DNA of 63,919 nt, counting the filler, from Reclinomonas americana ATCC 50394 (Eukaryota), in the NCBI GenBank assembly GCA_048213135.1. It is 3 parts of 2 records of this genome, joined end to end, with 100 filler letters (N's around TTAATTAATTAA, not from the genome) between each part and the next. Parts side by side here need not be neighbours in the genome. Positions count along the whole stretch, not along the records: positions 53,645 to 63,919 come from PS015479.1; 2 more parts are not named here. One strand, 5' to 3'. Of the stretch, positions 54,519 through 63,919 are shown piece by piece. The notes beneath the pieces are model-generated. The model did not search any database. It saw nothing but the letters and a program-made list of their open reading frames with translations, and was not told the DNA's origin. Position 1 is the stretch's first letter. Every line of letters begins with the position of its first letter. The position numbers and the translations under genes are program-made.

Positions 54519-54971
54519 GGAGGGAGGGGAGAGAGTGGAGGGAGAGTAGGAGAGTGACGTAAGAGAGAGAAGAAGAAGAAAGAGAGTAGACGTAAGGAAC
54601 GAAAGGAAGTACGACGTAAGTAGGTACGGAAGAACGACGACGAAGGAGAGAAGGAGAAGAGANNNNNNNNNNNNNNNNNNNNNNNNNNNNNNNNNNNNNN
54701 NNNNNNNNNNNNNNNNNNNNNNNNNNNNNNNNNNNNNNNNNNNNNNNNNNNNNNNNNNNNNNNNNNNNNNNNNNNNNNNNNNNNNNNNNNNNNNNNNNNN
54801 NNNNNNNNNNNNNNNNNNNNNNNNNNNNNNNNNNNNNNNNNNGACGGGGCAGAGAGAGAGAGAGAGTGCATGTGTGGCAACAAAGCAAGCAGGAAAGAGA
54901 GAGAAAGGAGAGAAGAGAGCACATACACAATGTGCGTTCTATCTCACATGCACACATGTGCTCAATATCCT

Positions 54972-55019
<48 letters not shown>

Positions 55020-55860
55020 TCACTGTCGAACACACATGACGCAATGTGCGTGTGTTGTGTGTGTGACTGCACTCACCTCATTCTCTTACTTTACTGTGTT
55101 GAGCTTCTCTCTGTGTGTGAGTGTGCGTGTGCGTGTAAGTGTGAGTGTGTCTCTGCGCGGCGACACTTGCGGAATAATGAATGTGAGTTTGTCCTGTTGC
55201 GACTCGCCATTTTCGTGCGTTCACCATTGTTTGCGTGCATGTATGCAACTGATGCAGTGAGTAGTCAACCAGTGACTTGCATTGTTGCTCTTCTCCTCAT
55301 TACGCTGCTTTGAAGAGAAGTGATTGCGTGTTCGAAGCGCTACAATGCATTAGTTAGTTGTCAACGTCGCGAATCGCTTTCTTGGTTTTTTTGACAGTGA
55401 TGCAGGCGATCCTGCATATGACGCGACTCAACAACGCGCTCACTTATTTGTGCTTGCTGGAGCATGACATGGCACAACGCGAGCACGACACTCGGCCACA
55501 TAGCGAGAACAAGAGGACTGAGGGTTGCAGTCGGGGGGAAGCGCGTTTGCAACATCAAGCAACAGCACTTCCCCACTCCCACGTCTCCCTGCCAAGCACA
55601 CCATGTTTTTCTCTCACGCCATCGTGACATCTCCTCCTCCTCGTCCCTCCTACGTTGACCACAAACACAGTGCAGGTCGTCGCAGCGAATGGCTCAACAC
55701 CGCGGCATCGTCCACCAGAGTCACTATCGCGTTAAAGTCGCACTATATTAATGACTTTCCTCACCTCCGTCCGCTAAAACACGTGCTTGCTCGTCCCGCA
55801 AAGCGTCAGGAGAGTCGCACTCTATTCGCAATCCTCCCTCTGGACGAGCAGTGTGGCCGC

Positions 55861-58666
55861 TTATGCCGTCGGCTTGGTGCAGAAGACGGCAAAGAACGGG
55901 AATTCGACTTGGATCTCGTGCTCCGTGTTGGCCGCACCGTAGGCCGCGCACAAGCTGCCACGCAGATGAGTTCAAAGACACGCGCCACGACATCCCAGTG
56001 CGACACGCAACTCGGCAGCGAAATCCGGGAGCGGGCTCTTGCCGTCGTGCTTGTCGCTCCACACGGTCACGGCCGACCACGTGCTCAGGTAGGAGACAAA
56101 GTTGTCAATCTGCGCGAGACCGTCAGCTCATACGCGCATGGCTTGAATTTTGCGACGGCCGACTTGCCGACATGGAGCGCTGCGAGTAAAACATCTGGCG
56201 TTCGGCGGTCTCGGTGTACGGCGGCTCAATGGTGGTGTACTCCAGGTCGATGAGGCGGCGGCGAGGTTCCCAGCAGCCGTCCAGCGTTTCGTTGTAGAAC
56301 TGCATCGAAGTTGGAAGGGGAAGGGAAAGGTTACTCTCACATGACGAGGACACTCTCCGCACGACTCGGCTTCGTCATCTTCTCCCCGCCCGTCTTCTTC
56401 TCTTCCTCTTTCTGCAACCACTCCTCTTGTTCTATCATCTTGCTTTCGCCTTCTTCTCCTTGTCCTCTCTGATATCGGCAACCACTTCCGCCAAGACTGC
56501 ATCCTCTCCTCTTCTAATTTCTCTATTCCTCCAAAGTCATCCTTCTCCTATTCCTCTTCTCACACTCTGCCTGCGTGCCTCTTCTCCGCTTGCCACTTCC
56601 GTGTCCTGCTTCCCTCCCTCATGTTCGATGCTGATTACTACCGTGCATTGTGGCGGACACTACGAGCTCCGGCAAGGGAACGTGCAAGACTGCCTCACTG
56701 CACGGGCGCCTACACCAACGCAGCTGCAACTGGAACGTGCAATACCTTCTTCTCCAAATCCTCGTCTCGTACTACAAGTACATGTCCTCTCTCACTCACC
56801 CGCTCCTTGCCCTCTTCCTCCCTCTCTCATGTGCGACGCGACTATTACGGCACATCGTGCAACGTGAACTGGCTGGCAAGACACGCTCAGGTCACCGATC
56901 ATGCACGAGTGACGGCACATGTCAGTGCACGGGCGACTACACCAATGCCAGCTGCAGCTGCAGTTCGATCACGACGTGTTCTAGCCACGGAACTTGCAAG
57001 ATGAAGGGCATCCTTCCTTTCTCTATTCATCAGCTCGCACTGGGCTTTAAGCCATTCTTTGTCCTCCCCCTTCTTCTCCCCTCGCCACTCGTTCTCTCTT
57101 CCTCCGATGTCTTCCTCCTATTCGTCATTTCACGCAACTACGAGCCTCTCCCCTGTGTGCACATTCCTTGTCACGCTTCTCTCACTCCGACGTCTTCTGC
57201 CTCCTATTCCTCTCCTCATTCTCCAACTTCGTGTCAGTTTCCCACTTGCCAGATCCTCCTTCTCGTCATCACCTCTTCTGTCCGCTCTCCCCTTCACAGA
57301 CGACTTCCTTCTTCAATTCCGCTTCCCGTACATCTTTTCAACTTCCCCGCTCCTTTCTCGTCCTCCTTCTCCTACCTTTCCCCCTTTCCCCCCTCGCCCA
57401 CCTTCAACAACACCCCATTCGCCGCCTCGCTGTCCACAAGCTTGCACAACGAGTACCCCCAGTACGCCAGCACGCCACCCGGCAGCAGCGCCTCATCGAC
57501 AACGCGCCAAAACGCGGCGTGATCGAACCAGTGAATCGCCTGCGCCACCGTGACCAGGTGGATCGAGTGGCGCGGTTCGTGCGGCAGCAGCAGCGGCTGC
57601 TCGGCCGTGCTCACACGCGTCTCCAGGCCCTCTGCGCTAGTGTCAGTGAAAGGGAGGTGAAAGGACAGTGAAAGGGAGGTGAAAGGACAGAGGGGTGGGG
57701 GAGACACCTCGCGGCGGGATTTGTTCGACTTGCTTGGCGCTGCCGTCTGAGGCGATGACGCGGGCGCAAAAGTCGAGGAGGGGGAGGGAGGCTTGGCCGT
57801 TGCCGCAGGCCACGTCGATGGCGGTGAGGGCTGGAGGGGGAGGTGAAGGAAGGGAGGGGAGGGGTGAGAAGGGGAAGGAGAGGGGAAGGGGAGAAGGGAG
57901 GGAGAGGGGAAGGGGAGAAGGGGAGACTGGAAGGGAGAGGAGAAAGAGGAGGAGAAGGGGAAAGGGAAGACAGGGGAGGAGCAAGGAAACGAGCGATGGG
58001 GGGAGAGCGATGGAAGAGAGCGAAGGGGGAGAGCGAAGGGGGAGAGCGATGGGGGAGAGCAAAGGGGGAGAGCAAAGGGGGAGAGCAAAGGAGGAAGAAC
58101 AAAGGGGGATGAAAGGGGAGGAAGGTGCAAGAGGGAATGTGCAAGGAGGAAGAGAAGGGGGAAGAAAAGAAGAAGAACAAAGCGGGAAAGGACCAAGGGA
58201 GCAAGGGAGAGAGGGAGACAGAGAGAAAGGATGCCTCGTTCACCACATCATGCAACGCATGAGTTCCCCAGTCCATTCACTTGTCTCTCTCTCGTTCTCT
58301 CTCTCTCTCTCGCTCTCTCTCTCTCTCAGCTTCTCTCTCTCTCTTATACGCAACGAGTGGGCTCCGGAAACGACGCACGAACACGCTGACGCAGTGCTTC
58401 AAAGAGCGCAGGTGGATATGTCGGGCGGAAGCTGCAGTGCAAGAATGCGAGTGAGTGAGAGAGTGTATGTGAGTGCGTGTGAGTGTGTGTGAGAGAGAGA
58501 GGAGGGAGATAGAAAGAGAGAGAAGGAGAGAGAGAGATGCAGACTGTTTGCATGAAAGATCGGAGTGTGTGTGTGTGTGTGCAGAGAGTGAGAGTGAGAG
58601 AAGGCATCGTTACCGAGCGTACTGCGCAGAGGCGCGACTGAAGATGTCGATCATTGAGGAGGCCAT
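55861..58666 (-). CDS. Class I SAM-dependent methyltransferase (Methyltransf_11 type, Crg1/Tmt1-like), 7 exons
   Basis: MASSMIDIFSRASAQYAR|FRPTYPPALF...; motif I AIDVACGNGQ; IHLVTVAQAIHWFD; LLPGGVLAYWGY; YLSTWSAV; C-terminus IQVEFPFFAVFCTKPTA*. Exons: 58666-58614, 58431-58355, 57830-57708, 57631-57402, 56299-56168, 56109-56012, 55954-55861. Confidence 0.9.
56620..57005 (+). pseudogene. Degenerate EGF-like repeat fragment, antisense within methyltransferase intron 4
   Basis: SCTSDGTCQCTGDYTNASCSCSSITTCSSHGTCK plus frameshifted sister pieces (SSGKGTCK, HCTGAYTNA, RDYYGTSCN). Confidence 0.6.
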
Positions 58667-59092
58667 GGCTTCTCTGTCAGGTTCGGGAATGCGTGCGAAA
58701 ATAACACCGATGTCGGACTTCGGCAGCAGCGTTGTTCTTGCTTGTGGTGTTAAAAACCGTGGATGCAGTGTCGTCTCCTTCGTTGATGACACACCGATTG
58801 TGTATTATGTGAGCCTGTTCGTGCACTCATATGCGAAGTCATGTCCCATGAATTCTGAAGCTGTGTTTGAACGTTGTGCTGTGAGCAGGAGCGGGCTTGC
58901 GTCTCTTCTTTTCTGTACCAGTGTCAATTTCCCACGCGTGTGTGCGTGTACAAGAGAGAGAAACGAGAAGGAGTGCGAATTCTCCGCTTCTTATTGTGAC
59001 GCCGGGAGAGAAAGAGAGCGTTAGAGGTCGCGTGTCACCCCCCTGTGCCTTTGTCAGTGTGCTTCTTGGTATTCTTGTTGTGACGCATCACC
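58667..59092. promoter_or_regulatory. Putative bidirectional promoter region
   Basis: 426 bp between divergent ATGs. No specific motif was recognised. Confidence 0.4.
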
Positions 59093-62000
59093 ATGGCGAG
59101 TGGGAGTGGAGTGCCGCGTGAGTTGCGTGTGTCTCTGACATTGTGCGCTGTTGTCAGAAGCAACATCTGACAATTCTTTTGTTGTCTGCCACCCGCAGTT
59201 ATCGCGTTCCTGATGATGAGGAATGCATGATGCGCCTTGTGAAGGCACTGTCTCGTCCATGCACCCGCGCTCTGCAATCCAAACTCGAGCAAGTGCTGCC
59301 GGCGTTTCTCGATTCGTATCCCGGCGTGAATCACGTCGATGAGTGGTGCAAGGCACCGAGTGAGCGTGATGTGCGGTGAGTGTGTGTGTGCGGAAGGATA
59401 TGGGAGCACACGATGCCAAGATGCAGATGGTGAGAGAGAAGAGAGAAGATTGCCACAAGCAAATGGCAGATGGTGACGCACTGGTCATCTCTTTCTCCCC
59501 ATTCTCCCGCTCTTCATCGTCTCACCACACACGACTCCACATTCCATCCCTGATGAATGCCCCCATTCTTGTCACACACATTCCCTCACTCACCAGCATC
59601 CTCTCATTCTTTGTGCTTTCCCACCATGCAGCACCATGCCAGACGGAGTGGACATGTGCGTCCAGTTGAACGAGAAGGAGCAGCAGACGGTGCGCGAGTG
59701 GCATCAGCGAGGCCAGCTGCACGACTGTAGTTCGTTTGATGCGATGCTGTGCTGCTCGATCTTGCTGTTGGCGGGTCATCGAGAGCACCCGCGAGACGAG
59801 CCAGATCGTCTGATTCCACCTGGCGATGTGGTGAGTGTGTGAGAAACAGGGAGAGGAGAAGAGGAGTGAGATTCTCTCTGTGTGATTGTGTCTCACACTC
59901 TCTCATTGTCACAGCGCGATGCAATTGAGCGCATGCGGGAGGTGTTTGAGCAAGCGAGTCCTGCACGAGCTCGTGCACTCTTTGTGCCTCTGCTCGGCGA
60001 CGGAGAAGAAGAAGGCGAGCTGCACCAGCTTGTGCGGCGACTGCAGATTGGCAGGGATGTGGAGGAGGAATTGGTGGTGCAGCTGAATGAGGCTCGTGAT
60101 GGTGAGTGAAGGGAGAGAGCAGGTGCTGTAGGTGGATGATTTGATCGAATGTGGAAGCTGATGTTGTCTTGATTGTGTGTGAATGCAGGTGCACTGAGTC
60201 AGGCAGATCAATCGCTGTTGCATGTGCACATGGAGCAAGTTGAGTGGATGTGCGAGAGGTGACGGTCATCTGCTGAGGACTCATGGCGTCTCCCTTTTTT
60301 GTGATTGATCAGATGCGGTTAGAAATGCAGGCGACAGTGCGTGCGGAGATGGAGCTCGTGCAACAGCAGCTGGGCAAGATGAGCATCTCTCCCTCTTCTC
60401 CCTCAGCTGCAGGTGTGTTCCACGATGGGCCTGCATTGAATGTGCATTTCTGTGCTCATCCTCACTCCCCACAGCACTTGATAGCCCTCCGAAGACACCG
60501 CTCATCGCCCGCACCGTCAATCCAGTGACCACCTTCCGCTTCCCGAGTCGGCGTGCACTGGCAGCCTCACTTGCCGCGCGCATTATGGATGCTGTGGAAG
60601 GTTGGGTGTTCCTTATCATTCTCCCGCCCTTCCTTGCATCTCCACATATTCGTGTGTCTCATCATGTTGTCCGTTGTTGATGATTTCTGCGCAGCACATC
60701 AACCAATCATTGTGGTGCTGACGGGTGATGGTGGCACTGGCAAGTCATTCCTGGCCGAGCTGCTGGTGACCGAGCTGCTGGCCACTCGTCGATGGAAAGG
60801 ATCAGCTGTGTCGGTGGAGATGCGTGGTCATGTGGGTGATGCGAGGGAGCATGTGAAGGTGTGTGTGCTGAGGCAACAGTCGTGTTGTCTCTCATGTTGT
60901 GTCATCTCTTTTGCTGTCATTCTGACTCTCTCTCTCTTTATGCCACGTGTTGCAGGCGGAGAGTGCTCTGGGCGAGTGTCTGCGAGTCTTTGTGACAGCA
61001 CAGACGAGAGTGGACGAAGTGGAGGGGCGGAGGATGGCCGGTCAGGTGGACGCGCTGCAGGCGGGTGGCGAGGTGGAACCAGCACGTCGTCTCCTGCGAC
61101 AGCTGATGCATGCATCGAGTGGAGTGATGGTGCTGGACAATGTGGGATCAGCGGAGCAAGTGAGGAGTGTTGTTCAATGTGCTGATGAGGGTGCGCGTGT
61201 GTCGTGGAGAGACTTCTCATTATTGCTTGGATGTTGGATCCTGACTTGATGTGCATCATGTGTCTGGCTGTGTGCAGGTGGAATGGTGGCACCGATTGTG
61301 GTGGTGACGAGTCGATATGGGCAGGTGGCTGATGAGATTCGTGACTCGATGATGCACGAGGCGGAGGTGGAGTGTGTGCGGGTGGAGAGTGTGGAGAACG
61401 AGGATATTGTGCAGCTGGTGGAGGAGCGACTGCTCCACAAGGTGTCAGGAGATGTGCGACGAAGGATCGTGGAGGCACTGGAGAGTGGACAGCAGGAGAA
61501 GAGTGCACTGCGAGTGAGTGCTTGTGTTGGGTGAGTGAGTGAGTGAGTGCGTCGATGAGGAGGAGAAGACTCACTCTTCTCTTCTCCTCTTCACAATGCA
61601 GCTGGTTGCTGTCACAGTCATCTGCACATCTGGTTGGATCGCGACTTGAGGATGTTCTGAGTGGCATTGGTGGCGATGCGCTGTCGCAGCTGCTGGAGCG
61701 CAATGTGATGTCGCAGACGACAGTAGCACGTCGTCTGTTGGTACTGATCACGGCGTGCAAGGAACTTGGTTTGCCAGTGACAGTTGCACTTGCGCGAGTG
61801 GCACTGGGTGTGCTGCGAGTGATTCCCGATATAACGATGGCTGTGGGTGGTGACGGTGAGCAGGCTGCAGTGGATGAAGATGAGGAAGCGGCAAGTCGGC
61901 TGGTGGAGTTGAGTCAGTGTGTGCGTCGACTGCGACTGCATGAGCTGGCACAGGATAGGCGACGGCGGGCATCCGAGGTGGTGGGTGAGCGTTTGCAGTT

Positions 62001-63450
62001 GGACGAGATGAGTGTGGAAGAGGAGCGACGAGTGCGCGCACGACGTGATGCGTTGGTGGGTGGTGAGGATGGAGTGGAGGATGTGCTGGATGGTCTGTGT
62101 TTGTCAAATCTGGTGACGGTGGGTGTCAGTGGCAGCATGGACAGTGTGGCTCGTGTGCTAGGCGGTGGGCAAGTGCGAGAGAGTGATGTCGTTGTGGAGT
62201 ATCGAGTACACGACGAGATTGCTGGGTGGATTGTGAGACGGTGTGGCGATGTAGTGTCACGGATGCAGCGACTGATTGTGCGTCTGGTGTGCTGTGTGCT
62301 GTGTGCGATTGATGTGCAGACTGACAGTGATGGTGTGCTTCTGGTTTCGCGTGACTTGCTTGGTGTGCTTCACACAATGTGGCGACGCTTAGGTGAGGAT
62401 GACGGCATGTGGGCGAGTGATGCTGTTGGTATGAATGGGTTGTTGGTGCAGTGTGGGGCGGTGGAGTGGATTCGTGAGCATTGTTGCAGAGGAAATCTTC
62501 CGTCGAGTGGATTCAGCGCATCAGTGACCTCGTCACTTGTGCAACGCCTGGCGGAGTGTTGTATACGCGGAGATGGTGACGTTGAAATGAGTAGAGTGCG
62601 ACGACGATTCGCTATTGTTGTGGCAAAGTGCCAAGCGCGGGTGTTTGAGATGCGTCGTCAGTGGGGCGACCGAAGTGCAGCATGGCAGAAGGCGTGGCAT
62701 GTGTACGAAGAATGGGAGAGGGATGGTAGTGACGATATGACTGTGCTGGACAGGCTAGACACATTTCGCTGCTTGATGTGGTTTGGTTACTATACAGACA
62801 ATTTGCCACTGCTGGTGGGATCTCATGAACGGCAGTGCACGACACTGGGTGAGTGTCATCCGGACGCACTGACAACTCTGCATTGGATGGCATGGCACCA
62901 CTACAATCGAAAGCGATGTATTGATGCTGAGGCACTCTTTCGACGGTGCTGGGAGATGCGGCGACTGGTTCTTGGAGTTGCGCACCCTTTCACGTTGGCA
63001 TCGATGGGAATCGCTGCCATGTGTATAACTGATGTCAGCCGTCTGGAGGAAGCGATGCAGCTGGAGCGAGAATGCTTGCAGTTGATGCGAGCAAATCTAG
63101 GGGATCGGCATCCTGACACCCTCAGCTCGATGCAGAATCTTGCTGTTTCTCTTGAGCGCCAGAACTCAACAGTATCTCTGGCGGAAGCTGCTGAGCTGTA
63201 CCGAGAGTGCTTGGAGGGTCGACGCGAGGTTCTGGGTAACAGAAATGCAAGCATATTGCAGACAATGTGCAACTTTGGCAGTCTGTTGACGAAGCAGCAA
63301 CAATGGGCCGAGGCAGAGGCTCTATTGGTTGAGTGTGTGGACGGTCGGCGAGCGGTACTTGGTGCAGAGAATCCGAAGACAATGAATGCCATGAGGAGGC
63401 TAGCAAAGTGCCGACGACGTGCAAGAGAGGTCGCGATCGGTGTGCTGTGA
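59093..63450 (+). CDS. STAND-class P-loop NTPase with C-terminal TPR repeats (NLR-like)
   Basis: Walker A IVVLTGDGGTGKS (~60710), Walker B VMVLDNV (~61125) and sensor-1 IVVVTSR (~61300). Kinesin-light-chain-type TPRs: LGECHPDALT, LGVAHPFTLAS, LGDRHPDTLSSMQNLA, LGAENPKTM. Start in CACCATGG context, stop TGA 63448-63450. Confidence 0.8.
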
Positions 63451-63651
63451 ATGGCGAATGAATCTGCTCGCCTGTCATTCCACCGATCGCGAGAACTCGC
63501 TGACGGTCGACCTTGTTCACCAATGTTTCCACTGGTGCGCTTTCCACTGTGTAGTGCACACGAAAAGTTCAATTCCCTTCTCGGCGACACGCCATTCTGC
63601 ACCGTGAGTCAGTGCGTACACCGCTAATATATTTGCATGTGCCCATAGACG

Positions 63652-63876
63652 CTAGAGTAATGAACGTGAATGTGCGGCTCTTTTATTTTTTGCTTCTCGA
63701 TTTCTTGCAGAAAGATAGGCATCTCGTCGACGATGGACTTCATCCATCGAGAAATGTTGTGCTGCCAGACAAGGCTGACTATCGCATCCTTGAGGTGCAG
63801 CATCGTCTTTGTCTTGCAACCAGCCAGTGAAAGCTTCTCGTAAAGTATCGAAATCTTCTCGTTCCTTTTTCACTTT
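63652..63876 (-). CDS. Possible terminal exon of a hypothetical gene entering from the right
   Basis: Open frame KVKKEREDFDTLREAFTGW...SRSLL* after a CAG. No recognisable domain. Confidence 0.25.
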   Translation of the reverse strand, partial: KVKKEREDFDTLREAFTGWLQDKDDAAPQGCDSQPCLAAQHFSMDEVHRRRDAYLSARNREAKNKRAAHSRSLL

Positions 63877-63919
63877 CTGCCAATCTCTTTTCCCACCCTC
63901 ATCCTCCTCTCACTCTCCC

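Overview
Eukaryotic, intron-rich draft scaffold, probably from a protist (organism not identifiable from sequence). It has 50-80 nt introns, many (CT)n/(GA)n microsatellites, N gaps and two artificial TTAATTAATTAA linkers. About 50 kb is a convergent pair of paralogous type-I membrane proteins built from bacterial-style cadherin-like repeats, with stop codons only 29 nt apart. Gene A (+, 3262-18367) has a signal peptide, ~3 IPT-like units, ~15 Cys-paired cadherin repeats, a stalk, a TM helix and a tail. Gene B (-, 18397 to at least 53013) has a Cys-rich head, ~70 cadherin repeats, ~6 IPT-like units, a homologous stalk, a TM helix and a tail, roughly 8,000 aa. About 49 consecutive gene B repeats are each one symmetric phase-1 exon of ~276-282 nt, so any subset could be skipped in frame, and the repeats have lost most Ca2+-binding motifs. 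About two dozen introns in four genes use an extra-T 5' splice site (GTTGCG/GTTTCG/GTTGAG), and two GC-AG introns are present. Flanking genes are an LYR-motif protein, a class I SAM methyltransferase with an antisense EGF-repeat relic in an intron, and a STAND NTPase-TPR (NLR-like) protein. Gene models were spliced by eye and counts are manual.
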